Shown here one piece after another: positions 1-9,428 of a stretch of DNA of 64,000 nt. The stretch comes from Bacteroidota bacterium (GTDB lineage Bacteria > Bacteroidota > Bacteroidia > Chitinophagales > BACL12): the NCBI GenBank assembly GCA_016706255.1, contig JADJJZ010000029.1, forward strand, positions 78,444-142,443. Reading direction: 5' to 3'. Under the pieces are notes generated by a model. It had not been told where the DNA came from. It saw nothing but the letters and a program-made list of their open reading frames with translations, and ran no database searches. Position 1 is the first letter of the stretch; each line of letters opens with the position of its first letter. The translations under genes and the position numbers were made by a program.

Positions 1-449
1 TTTTCTAATATGGTATTATCAAACAGGGCTAAATGTAAATCACAGTTTCGAAAAATTGCACCTGTAAGGTCTGCTTCAGTAAAATCTACTTCTGTGAGGT
101 TACAATCTACAAATGGCATTTTTTTTATTTTCAACCTATAAAAAGAACTCAGATTTAATGAGCATCCTTCAAAAGTAGCCTCAAATAAAAACGTATTACA
201 CTGATCGAAACGAATGCCCAGCATCTTACAATTTTTAAAGGCTACGGTTTTAATAGCAGTTTTGTTGAGGTTAGCCAAACTCAAATTACAATCTTCAAAA
301 ACACAATCGGTAAAACTGCTTCCGGAAATATCACAACCTGAAAAATTACATCCGTTGAAGGTGCAGGTATCATAATTACCTGATTCAAATATTTCACCGG
401 TATAATCCTTTTTATCAAAACCAATTGAATCAAAAAATGCTGTTGCCAT
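1..449 (-). CDS. Pentapeptide-repeat protein (5' part; 3' end runs off the window)
   Basis: The ORF is open to the left edge, so it is absent from the ORF track. My translation from the ATG at 449-447 is MATAFFDSIGFDKKDYTGEIFESGNYDTCTFNGCNFSGCDISGSSFTDCVFEDCNLSLANLNKTAIKTVAFKNCKMLGIRFDQCNTFLFEATFEGCSLNLSSF... These are tandem 5-residue repeats with a central L/F/C. Confidence 0.7.
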   Translation of the reverse strand, partial: MATAFFDSIGFDKKDYTGEIFESGNYDTCTFNGCNFSGCDISGSSFTDCVFEDCNLSLANLNKTAIKTVAFKNCKMLGIRFDQCNTFLFEATFEGCSLNLSSFYRLKIKKMPFVDCNLTEVDFTEADLTGAIFRNCDLHLALFDNTILE

Positions 450-497
450 TAGTTTTTATTTTATGGTAAAAATAAACCATTTCAAAAGGGCAAAAAA

Positions 498-520
498 AAC
501 CTTCCGGTAAAAGGAAGGTT
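498..520 (-). terminator. Rho-independent terminator downstream of the 540-2388 gene
   Basis: Stem-loop aaccttcc-ggtaaaa-ggaaggtt with an A-run at 492-499 and a T-run from 519. It lies 20 nt past the minus-strand stop at 540. Confidence 0.7.
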
Positions 521-539
521 TTTGTTAAAATGGAACTAA

Positions 540-863
540 TTATTTTACTACAACAAATTGTTGATTCATAGTTGAACCATTCATTTCAATGGTTACAAAA
601 TATAAACCTGCACTGATGTTTTTACCAAGTGCGATTGTTTTAGTTGCACTACCGTTAGTAGTTGCAGCCGTAGTAGTATAGATTACTTTACCTGTAATAT
701 CGGTAATATTAATTGTTGCTGTTGCATCATTTTCCAATGTGTTAAATGTGATTGTTAATTCGTCTTTAACAGGGTTAGGATAAACTTGCATGCTTGCAGC
801 ACCAACAATTTCGCCTTCACGACATTCAGTTACAACTGTTACAGTTGCTGTTGTGCAAGGCAT
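540..863 (-). CDS. T9SS-secreted MopE-motif protein, 3' fragment (frameshifted relative to 826-2388)
   Basis: 107-aa ORF ending in a T9SS C-terminal sorting domain (VYPNPVKDELTITFN...GKVIY...GLYFVTIEMNG...QFVVVK). Its first residues (CTTATVTVV) continue the Ig-like repeat that breaks off at the end of ORF 826-2388. Confidence 0.75.
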   Translation of the reverse strand: MPCTTATVTVVTECREGEIVGAASMQVYPNPVKDELTITFNTLENDATATINITDITGKVIYTTTAATTNGSATKTIALGKNISAGLYFVTIEMNGSTMNQQFVVVK

Positions 864-2388
864 AATTGTTTTCGTTGGTGATTACACAATAGTAATCGCC
901 ATTCGCTGTAGCTTCATAATTTGCACTTGTAGCACCAATTATTTCATTGCCATCAAGATACCATACATAAGTATATAAGGCATCGTAACTAGCTTTTAAT
1001 AATAATGGATTAACAACACAAAGATTTAAACCATCAGGATAGGTGATATTGGCATTAGGGCTTTCATAAACAGCAACTGCCTGAACTTCAGATAAACCTG
1101 AAGAACATGCACCTACAAAACCTTCAACCTGATAATAAGCAGGTTTGTTGGTTGTATATGTTGCACCTGTTTCACCGGCTAAAGCAGTACCATTTTTATA
1201 CCATTGATAAGAATCAAAAGTACCAACTGCTTCTAACGTAACATCATCAGGTTTGCATAATGCAATTACACCTGTTGGTGTGATGCTGATTGATAAATCA
1301 ATTCCTTCATCAATATTGCCATCACAGTTATTATCTACACCGTCACATACTTCTGTTGCAGCAGGGTTAACCGCAGCATCACCGTCGTTGCAATCAGTGC
1401 TGTTTTCTACATAACCTACAGGAGCGCCATCGCATGTTGTTGCAGACATAGCAGCATCACCATAAGTGTCACCATCAGCATCAGCATAATAAGTTGCGAA
1501 AGTTAATCCTTCGTCAATATTGCCATCGCAGTTGTTGTCGATACCGTCGCAAACTTCTGTTGCTGCAGGATTAATTGCTGCATCACCATCGTTACAATCA
1601 GTATTATCAGCAACATAACCATCAGGCATATCGCAAGACACTGTTGTTGAACCTGCATCACCGTAAGAATCACCATCTGCATCAGCATACCATGTAGCTC
1701 CACCGGCTTCATCAATATTGCCATCGCAGTTGTTATCTATACCGTCGCAAATTTCAGTAGCACCCGGATTAATTGCCGCATCAGCATCATTACAATCAAC
1801 ATCAGAATCATATCCGTCACCATCTGCATCAGCATAGGAAACAGTACCCTGAACATCGATGTTTTTTAATGTTGATACACCGTTTAATGAACTGTAAGCA
1901 GTATGACCAATTACACGCACCCACAAAGTAGATGTTGTAGAAAAATCATCTACATCCCAGGTTAAATTAGTGTTGGTAAAACAACCACTGCTTGCAACTG
2001 CAAAGTCAGTTCCGCTGTTTGTCCATGTAGCACCACCATCTGTTGAATAAGCCAGTCTCCAACTTGCAGGACCTTTAGGGTTTCTGCGAATATCAACTGA
2101 AATACTTGTCACATCCAATTGAAATCCTGCATCCGGTGTCACTGAAAATTGAACGCTTGGACGGCCATTGGAGTAGCCTGAGGTAGTATGTTTGTTGGAA
2201 CTGTACCCTGATCCGCATGCCGGGTCTTCCAATAAACCATTTTCTCTTGATAAATTTGTTCCTGTTGCATTGGTTGCAACGCCTGCGTATGCACCTGTTG
2301 GATCATCCAGGTATTCATACAGTTGTGCTTTCGATACAGAAAACACACACGCTAACGCCATGGTTAGTAATAAGTAGCTTTTTTTCAT
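826..2388 (-). CDS. T9SS-secreted MopE-motif protein, 5' fragment
   Basis: 520-aa ORF with signal peptide MKKSYLLLTMALACVFSVSKAQ. It has three tandem units YADADGD.YG..C...GYV...DCND.DAAINP.ATE.CDG.DNNCDGNIDE (about 1306-1836), which match the MopE-type putative metal-binding motif. Two Ig-like repeats follow. The frame breaks in the 826-863 overlap. Confidence 0.75.
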   Translation of the reverse strand: MKKSYLLLTMALACVFSVSKAQLYEYLDDPTGAYAGVATNATGTNLSRENGLLEDPACGSGYSSNKHTTSGYSNGRPSVQFSVTPDAGFQLDVTSISVDIRRNPKGPASWRLAYSTDGGATWTNSGTDFAVASSGCFTNTNLTWDVDDFSTTSTLWVRVIGHTAYSSLNGVSTLKNIDVQGTVSYADADGDGYDSDVDCNDADAAINPGATEICDGIDNNCDGNIDEAGGATWYADADGDSYGDAGSTTVSCDMPDGYVADNTDCNDGDAAINPAATEVCDGIDNNCDGNIDEGLTFATYYADADGDTYGDAAMSATTCDGAPVGYVENSTDCNDGDAAVNPAATEVCDGVDNNCDGNIDEGIDLSISITPTGVIALCKPDDVTLEAVGTFDSYQWYKNGTALAGETGATYTTNKPAYYQVEGFVGACSSGLSEVQAVAVYESPNANITYPDGLNLCVVNPLLLKASYDALYTYVWYLDGNEIIGATSANYEATANGDYYCVITNENNYALHNSNCNSCN

Positions 2389-2821
2389 AATTCAAAACAT
2401 TTAGTAATAGTAATAGTGCGGGTGGATTTTCATTATAGACGTCGAAAGATAGGCAGAAGTCATGTTCCGTAAGTAGAAAATAAATAACTGCAAATGTCCC
2501 AATTAGGTTATTTTAGAAATATGTAATTAATTGATTTTCAACTGTTAAACAATGAATTATCAGTATCCACATACCATTTATCATGTCACATAAATAACAG
2601 TTTTGAAAATTATTCGTTAAATATTTGCTAAAAGAAACGGTCTAATTGTGACATAATAGTTAAGATTATGTCCAAATACTGCTGATTTGAGAATGTCATT
2701 TTGTGATTATGCGTAAATTATAGGATAAATAGTTGTCATTCCGAACGGCATTATTTAATTCAGATTGCAAAAGGTATTTTTACCATTCCATTTTACCCTT
2801 CAAATTAAAATACATAACAGC

Positions 2822-4912
2822 ATGCATTTTGGAATAACCCGTTTTACTTTTATTGCGAGCTTAATCTCCATGCCTTTCATTTCGTTTACGCAAACCACCG
2901 ATATGTGTGGAACAGATTTGGAACGTGAAAAATTACTTCAAACGCATCCCGATATTTTGCAAAGGGAAGCCGAATTTGATAAACGCGCAATGGAAAAATT
3001 AACCAGTATTATGCGCATTGAAGATGAAACTATTGTGATTCCGGTAGTATTTCATATCATTCATGATTACGGCCCGGAAAATATTAGTGATGCGCAGGTG
3101 TATGATGCAATAGCAAAAATTAATGCAGATTTTAGTGCTACGAATACCGATTTTCTCGCGACAATTCCTGAATATGCCGGTATTGCTGCTAATTGTAATA
3201 TAGAATTTCGTCTTGCACAAAAAGAATTAAGCGGTGGATGTACAAATGGTATTGACCGCATTGCATCGTTGCGAACCTATGAAGGTAGCGATGCTGCTAA
3301 ATACGGTGGTTGGCAAAGTGGTAAATATTTAAATATCTGGGTTACTAAGGATTTAACAAATGGTGCAGCAGCTTATGCGTATTATCCAACAAGTATTGCG
3401 GGATTGATGTATACTGTGGATGGAATTATCGCACGATACGATTATGTAGGAACAATTGGCGCTGCCGGCCCATATGCCATTCATGTTTTATCACATGAAA
3501 TTGGCCACTATTTAAATCTGCAACATGTTTGGGGAAATAGTAATGCACCCGGTATTGCCTGTGGTGATGACCAGGTGCCGGATACGCCAATGACCGAAGG
3601 TTGGACATCTTGCAATATTTACGGAAACACCTGTGGCGGTGCGGTTGATAATGTGCAAAATCACATGGAATATTCTTATTGCTCAACCATGTTTACAGAA
3701 GGGCAGAAGGCACGCATTATGGCTGCATTAGAAAGTGAAGATGCGATGCGTAATAATTTATATACGCAGGAAAATTTATTACTTACCGGAACCAATGATG
3801 GATATATTGCAAGCGGTTGTGTTCCCAAAGCCGATTTTTATGCCAGCGACAGAATATTGTGTACCGGCAATTCAACTACTTTTCATGATGTTAGTTTTAA
3901 TGCAGTTGTTACCGAAAGATATTGGGAATTTGAAGGTGGCATTCCGGCAACATCAACTGAAATAAACCCAATCGTACAATATAATGATGAAGGTTGGCAT
4001 ACAGTTACGTTAACAGTTACCAATGCAAATGGCAGCAGCACCAAAACATTTGAAAAATATTTAAATGTTGCCAAAATGGATGCCAATTATGATGCAACTT
4101 ATTTTGCTGATTTTAATGATGAAGCAACAGTAAATAACGACTGGGTTTTATATAATAAATATCCTGATGACCGCGAGTGGCAATGGCGTGGTAATAATGG
4201 ATACTGGAATTCAGGATGCGTTTGGCTCAATAGCCGCTTCGGTCCTGATTTGGAAACTGATGTAATGATTTCACCACCATTTGATTTATCGTTGGGGTTA
4301 ACGGATAATTTATTTTTTAAATATGCAACTACTTCTTTTGGTGTTGATGCAAGCGATTATACCATGTCGCTAAAACTATATTACAGCGTTAATTGCGGCG
4401 ATTCATGGATTTATTTTAATAAATTAACTGGGCAAGATTTAATTTCCAGTTATGGTGGCAGTGCCGATTTTTATCCGCAATACCCCGATCAATGGGGTAG
4501 CGCAATGTTTAACTTACCTGAAGGCGCAAAAGAAAATCATGTGCAGTTTAAATTTGAATTTGTATACAATCCATATGTAAATAATCTTTTTATTGATGAT
4601 TTTAATTTCACCACAGGGGTGTTAAGTACAGCAAATCAAAATGCGCGTATAGCAGTTAAGTTATCACCAAATCCGGTTGCGGTTAACGGACAAACAATAT
4701 TACATTACAATACCATTGATGCTGTTAATTTAACCTTTTTAATAACGGATATTTATGGTAAAATAGTTTATAAATCCGGATTAGGAAATACTACCGCCGG
4801 CAGTCATCAATTAATTATTTCTCCTCAGCAACTTGGGTTAGCTGTAGGTTGTTATTTTTTGCAATTAACTGATGGAAAAGAAACTGCCAATTCAAAATTG
4901 GTTGTAGATTAA
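2822..4912 (+). CDS. M43-like (cytophagalysin/pappalysin-type) zinc metalloprotease with PKD domain and T9SS sorting domain
   Basis: The track start is TTG 2765, but ATG 2822 gives the signal peptide MHFGITRFTFIASLISMPFISFTQ. Zinc motif HEIGHYLNLQH (HExxHxxxxxH), a PKD-like segment (WEFEGG...GWHTVTLTVTNANGSS), and a C-terminal LSPNPVAVNGQ...CYFLQLTDG...KLVVD. Confidence 0.8.
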   Translation: MHFGITRFTFIASLISMPFISFTQTTDMCGTDLEREKLLQTHPDILQREAEFDKRAMEKLTSIMRIEDETIVIPVVFHIIHDYGPENISDAQVYDAIAKINADFSATNTDFLATIPEYAGIAANCNIEFRLAQKELSGGCTNGIDRIASLRTYEGSDAAKYGGWQSGKYLNIWVTKDLTNGAAAYAYYPTSIAGLMYTVDGIIARYDYVGTIGAAGPYAIHVLSHEIGHYLNLQHVWGNSNAPGIACGDDQVPDTPMTEGWTSCNIYGNTCGGAVDNVQNHMEYSYCSTMFTEGQKARIMAALESEDAMRNNLYTQENLLLTGTNDGYIASGCVPKADFYASDRILCTGNSTTFHDVSFNAVVTERYWEFEGGIPATSTEINPIVQYNDEGWHTVTLTVTNANGSSTKTFEKYLNVAKMDANYDATYFADFNDEATVNNDWVLYNKYPDDREWQWRGNNGYWNSGCVWLNSRFGPDLETDVMISPPFDLSLGLTDNLFFKYATTSFGVDASDYTMSLKLYYSVNCGDSWIYFNKLTGQDLISSYGGSADFYPQYPDQWGSAMFNLPEGAKENHVQFKFEFVYNPYVNNLFIDDFNFTTGVLSTANQNARIAVKLSPNPVAVNGQTILHYNTIDAVNLTFLITDIYGKIVYKSGLGNTTAGSHQLIISPQQLGLAVGCYFLQLTDGKETANSKLVVD

Positions 4913-4970
4913 CCAATTACTTAAAACCTCATGTAATCCGCAGCATTAGCGTATTATGTGAGGTTATTAT

Positions 4971-6353
4971 TTATCTGATATTCGACAAATAATCGGAGCA
5001 AAATTCTGAATACTTAGATTTACCGAGGGCATTTGCACCAAGCAGAAAATATTTTCGTGCATTTACATTGTCACCCTTCATATAATAATACTTTCCTAAA
5101 AAGTAATTAGCTCCACTCATAATAAATGGTATTGTTGAGGTGCTGGCGGCTTCCCAATGCAAATTGGCTACTTCAAATTGTCCTGTATTATATAAAGCCC
5201 ATGCGTAATAAAAATTATATTCTTCCAAATTATTTTTATCGGCAGCAGCGGTGTTAATTTTTTCATAAACTTTTAATGCATCTGCATATCGTTTATTGTA
5301 AGTTAAACTTTCGGCATAATTATAAGCAGGAGAGAAGGCTTCAGGGAATTTGGTATAAAAATAATGGTTAACAATAATACTGAAAGCATCAGTTAAACCA
5401 AAGTTGTAAATGGTATCATAATTATCCGGGTCAATACGAAGGTCAACTGACAATAAATATTTAGCAAAATCTTTTTCGGGTGAGTCGCTTTTTTCCATGT
5501 CAACATATTCGGTTATTTTGGATTTTGCATTTGATTTGCCTGCAAGCATACTTACCAATCCTTCGTATAAAATATTTGTTTTATTATTATTTAAAGCAGC
5601 CCATTTATTAATACAAAATTGTGCCTGTTCATATTGCTCTGCTACACTAAAAAGGAAAAAAGCATTATTATAACTCACGGTATCTAATCCCTCCATCAAA
5701 TAACTTTTATTCGCAAATTTAATTGCATTGTTTATATCGCCAATAATATAATATTCAACAGCAATATCGCTAATTAAATTGCCATTAGCAGGGTACAATT
5801 CGCCAATTTTTTCATACACCTTCATGCCTTCCTGATATGCACCGCGGTCTAAAAGATTGTAGGCATAGTCGCGAATATTAAATTCATCTATTGTTGGAAC
5901 TTGCGCAATTGCCGGTAGAATTTCTTTCAATTTGTTTCCTTGTAAACTCACCGAATATAAATAACCCAATGCCAATAAGATGTCGTCGCGTTTACGGTCC
6001 ATGCGTAACGCATTTTTAAAATAAAAAGCACAGGTATCAGCAATTTTAATTGGAACGATCTCTTTATACTGACCAATATAATTATAATCGGAGGTGTAAA
6101 CTGATTCTTCAGGTGCGCCGGTGCTGCTCAATGCATCAGCAAAACTTGCATATTTATAATATTGAATATTTCCTTTATAAAACAAGGCATCAACATTTCC
6201 CGGATTAATCATTAAAACAGAATCCACTTTTCCCTCAGCAGTAGATAACATACCCTGCTCAATTAATGCATCTAATTTTGAAGTGAATTCAATTTGTGCA
6301 TGAACAGCAGCAGTAATAAAAAGTAAACAAATAAATAAGAAAAAATTACGCAT
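4971..6353 (-). CDS. Secreted TPR-like helical-repeat protein (hypothetical)
   Basis: 460 aa with signal peptide MRNFFLFICLLFITAAVHAQ and TPR-like segments (YYAWALYNTGQFEVANLHW, GKYYYMKGDNVNARKYF). I recognised no catalytic motif. Confidence 0.5.
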   Translation of the reverse strand: MRNFFLFICLLFITAAVHAQIEFTSKLDALIEQGMLSTAEGKVDSVLMINPGNVDALFYKGNIQYYKYASFADALSSTGAPEESVYTSDYNYIGQYKEIVPIKIADTCAFYFKNALRMDRKRDDILLALGYLYSVSLQGNKLKEILPAIAQVPTIDEFNIRDYAYNLLDRGAYQEGMKVYEKIGELYPANGNLISDIAVEYYIIGDINNAIKFANKSYLMEGLDTVSYNNAFFLFSVAEQYEQAQFCINKWAALNNNKTNILYEGLVSMLAGKSNAKSKITEYVDMEKSDSPEKDFAKYLLSVDLRIDPDNYDTIYNFGLTDAFSIIVNHYFYTKFPEAFSPAYNYAESLTYNKRYADALKVYEKINTAAADKNNLEEYNFYYAWALYNTGQFEVANLHWEAASTSTIPFIMSGANYFLGKYYYMKGDNVNARKYFLLGANALGKSKYSEFCSDYLSNIR

Positions 6354-6396
6354 GATATTTTTGTTTTGGGAATTGCCTGATTATTGTTCGTTTTGC

Positions 6397-6828
6397 TTAA
6401 GTATGTAAAAGTAAAATTCTGTTGGCATAATCAATAACTGCGCCATATTTTTTTAAAATATCACCACCAATAATCGCTAAAACAGGCTCCAGTCCGGCTG
6501 ATGCATAAGCATCATTAACAATACTTAAATCCAGCAAAGCAAATTTAGTTGAAGCTATTTTATGTTTCCCGATTCTTATTCGGTTTAATCGGATAAAACT
6601 ACTGTTTGGAATATTTGCACCTAATCCTGTGGTGAGATGATCGGTTTTAGTAACCTGTTCATCCGGAAAAAACTGTTTGGCAAATTCCTGATCTATCACA
6701 CTTTTGCTGGCTCCGGTATCAATCAGAAAATTAATTCGCTTGCGTCCGATTTTGCCATCTACAAAAATATGGTATCCCTTGGGCGGAATAGTTAAAACCT
6801 GTATGGGTATGGTTACCTGGTTGTTCAT
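6397..6828 (-). CDS. Single-domain retropepsin-like (clan AA) aspartic protease
   Basis: 143 aa with FLIDTGAS (the D-T-G active-site loop) and a late IIGGDIL motif. The size fits a homodimeric retropepsin fold. No signal peptide. Confidence 0.65.
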   Translation of the reverse strand: MNNQVTIPIQVLTIPPKGYHIFVDGKIGRKRINFLIDTGASKSVIDQEFAKQFFPDEQVTKTDHLTTGLGANIPNSSFIRLNRIRIGKHKIASTKFALLDLSIVNDAYASAGLEPVLAIIGGDILKKYGAVIDYANRILLLHT

Positions 6829-6837
6829 GCAATAAAA

Positions 6838-6874
6838 AACCGCAAAACCGGTAAATAGATTCGGGTTTGCGGTT
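6838..6874 (-). terminator. Terminator downstream of mdh
   Basis: Stem aaccgcaaa / tttgcggtt with an AT-rich loop. Read on the minus strand it is followed by TTTTTTATT. It lies about 20 nt after the mdh stop. Confidence 0.6.
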
Positions 6875-6894
6875 TTATTTTAAAAAGTAGTTAA

Positions 6895-7839
6895 TTATGC
6901 GCTTGCAGCATTCATTTTATCTAACACTTCCATTACTTCTTTTACAGCAGTAGCAGATGCATTTAATAATGCTTTTTCAGCCTCATTTAATTGTAATTCA
7001 ATTATTTGTTCAATACCGTTTTTGCCTAATTTAACCGGAACGCCTAAATAAATATCTTTTAAGCCGTATTCTCCGTTTAATAAAGCACAAACCGGGAATA
7101 TCCTGTTTTCATTTTTCACAATTGCTTCAACCATTTGAGCTGCAGCAGCACCTGGTGCATACCATGCTGATGTGCCTAATAAGTTTACAATTTCACCACC
7201 ACCCACTTTAGTGCGCTGAACAATAGCATTCAGTTTTTCCTCACTAATCAATTCAGTAACAGGAATACCACTCACAGTAGTATAACGTGGCAGCGGAACC
7301 ATAGTATCACCATGACCACCCATTAAAATTGCCTGAATATCTTTTGGTGAACAGTTTAATTCAGTTGCTAAAAATGCACGGTAACGCGCAGTATCTAAAA
7401 TACCGGCCATTCCAAATACACGGCTGCTGTCAACCTTAGCATTTAAATATGCGCAATATGTCATAACGTCCAATGGATTGGATACAACAATAATGATCGC
7501 ATTTGGAGAATATTTGATTACTTGTTCAGTAACTGATTTCACTATACCGGCATTCACACTAATTAAATCGTCGCGGCTCATACCCGGTTTACGTGGTAAA
7601 CCTGAAGTGATTACCACCACATCAGAATCAGCAGTTCTGGCATAGTCGTTCGTACAACCTACAACACGTGTGCTATAGCTGTCGATTGGCGCTTGTTGCC
7701 AGGTATCAAGGCTTTTACCTTCTGCTGTACCTTCTTTGATATCCAATACCACAATTTCGTTCAAAAAGTCGCGGTGAGCGAGCACATTGGCAACAGTTGA
7801 ACCCACGTTGCCGGCTCCGATTACAGTTACTTTACTCAT
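6895..7839 (-). CDS. mdh: Malate dehydrogenase (LDH-like type)
   Basis: 314 aa with VTVIGAGNVGSTVA (Rossmann fold), ITSGLPRKPGMSRDDL and MGGHGDTMVP. Full length. Confidence 0.9.
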   Translation of the reverse strand: MSKVTVIGAGNVGSTVANVLAHRDFLNEIVVLDIKEGTAEGKSLDTWQQAPIDSYSTRVVGCTNDYARTADSDVVVITSGLPRKPGMSRDDLISVNAGIVKSVTEQVIKYSPNAIIIVVSNPLDVMTYCAYLNAKVDSSRVFGMAGILDTARYRAFLATELNCSPKDIQAILMGGHGDTMVPLPRYTTVSGIPVTELISEEKLNAIVQRTKVGGGEIVNLLGTSAWYAPGAAAAQMVEAIVKNENRIFPVCALLNGEYGLKDIYLGVPVKLGKNGIEQIIELQLNEAEKALLNASATAVKEVMEVLDKMNAASA

Positions 7840-7978
7840 AGTTTTGTCATTTTTCCTGCCATAATAACCTAAGGCGCTGCAAAGTTATGCCTTTTCGTAA
7901 TAAAGTAAGCATTGTGCATAAAGTTTGATGGTATTTTTAATAACGAGTTTTTAACTTTACACAAATATTGAACATTTC

Positions 7979-9409
7979 ATGAAGAAATTATTATTTGTTA
8001 TCCCTCTTCTGGCCGGTATAATGGCAGGAAATGCGCAAACACAATATTGCGGAACTACTCAAACTGAGGAAGATTTGCAATGGTTGCGCAATTTCCAGCA
8101 AAACTATGTGCCTGATGAGGACAATCGCGGTGGCACCACCTATTACATTCCAATGAAGGTGCATATTGTAGGTAATGACGAAGGTACCGGTTATTACAAT
8201 TTAACCCACCTGTATACTCAAATTTGCGAATTGAACGAACATTACGCTCCAACAGGCTTTGTGTTCTACATTTACGGCGATTTGGATTATATCGATAATA
8301 CCGATTATTACGAACACGATTGGTTTGATGGCAGTAATATGATGGATGAAAATAATGTGAACGACCTGCTCAATGTTTACTTTGTAGCAGATCCTGCCGG
8401 AAACTGCGGTTATTTTAGCCCATCAGACAATGGTGTAGCAGTTGCCAAATCTTGCGCTATGCCAGGTGGAACAACCGTTGCCCACGAATTTGGTCACTTT
8501 TTCTCACTCCCGCATACTTTTTATGGTTGGGAATGGGGAACACCGGATGATAACGACCAGGAATGGGTAAATGGCGCTAACTGTAACTCGGCTGCTGACG
8601 GATTTTGCGATACGCCACCGGATTATTTACCTTATCGTTGGAATTGTCCCGGACCGCTGCAAACCGACCCGCATGGTGATACATTTTTCAGCGATGGCAC
8701 ATTTTATATGTCGTATTCCAATGATGCCTGCACAGATAAATTTTCTGCAGAACAACAGGCAGCTATGATTGCGAATTTGTTGGGGCCGCGTAACAATATG
8801 CTCGATTTTCCAACACCTACATACGTTGACTTAACAACTACTGCAGACCCGATTGTTCCTGCAAATAATGCCATCGGCATGTATCCGAATTATACCTATA
8901 TTGAGTGGACACCGGTAGCTGGTGCAACACAATATCATTTACAATTGGCTTTTAGCGCAGGTTTTAGTGCAATTGCCTTAGATATTGTTACTTCCGATAG
9001 TTTTTATGAAGCACGCGAACTGCTTGGTGATAAAAAATATTACTGGAGAGTTAAACCATTAGCACCATTGAATACATGTGAGCCTACCAGTCTGGCTTAC
9101 TCATTTACAACCGGAAATACATTCAGTACAATTGCTGAAACAGAAATGTTTGATCATTTATCTATTTTCCCAAATCCGGTAACTTCTGGTAATGAGGTTA
9201 ATATCAGCTATCGTTCTGCTGAAAGTTTTTCAGGAACGTTGGAGGTTTTAGATATTACCGGAAAACAATTAGTTGCTCAGGAATTAAACGTTATCGCGGG
9301 TTCTGCAACTATTGCAGTTGACATGCCAGTTGTTGCGCAAGGTGTTTACTTCATTAAAATTTCGAATAACAGTAAATCAGAATTGGTGCAGTTTATTGTT
9401 GCTGATTAA
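7979..9409 (+). CDS. M43-like zinc metalloprotease with T9SS sorting domain
   Basis: 476 aa with signal peptide MKKLLFVIPLLAGIMAGNAQ, zinc motif HEFGHFFSLPH and C-terminal IFPNPVTSGNEVNISY...GVYFIKISNN...QFIVAD. Confidence 0.8.
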   Translation: MKKLLFVIPLLAGIMAGNAQTQYCGTTQTEEDLQWLRNFQQNYVPDEDNRGGTTYYIPMKVHIVGNDEGTGYYNLTHLYTQICELNEHYAPTGFVFYIYGDLDYIDNTDYYEHDWFDGSNMMDENNVNDLLNVYFVADPAGNCGYFSPSDNGVAVAKSCAMPGGTTVAHEFGHFFSLPHTFYGWEWGTPDDNDQEWVNGANCNSAADGFCDTPPDYLPYRWNCPGPLQTDPHGDTFFSDGTFYMSYSNDACTDKFSAEQQAAMIANLLGPRNNMLDFPTPTYVDLTTTADPIVPANNAIGMYPNYTYIEWTPVAGATQYHLQLAFSAGFSAIALDIVTSDSFYEARELLGDKKYYWRVKPLAPLNTCEPTSLAYSFTTGNTFSTIAETEMFDHLSIFPNPVTSGNEVNISYRSAESFSGTLEVLDITGKQLVAQELNVIAGSATIAVDMPVVAQGVYFIKISNNSKSELVQFIVAD

Positions 9410-9428
9410 TTTGAATTTATAATCATAT

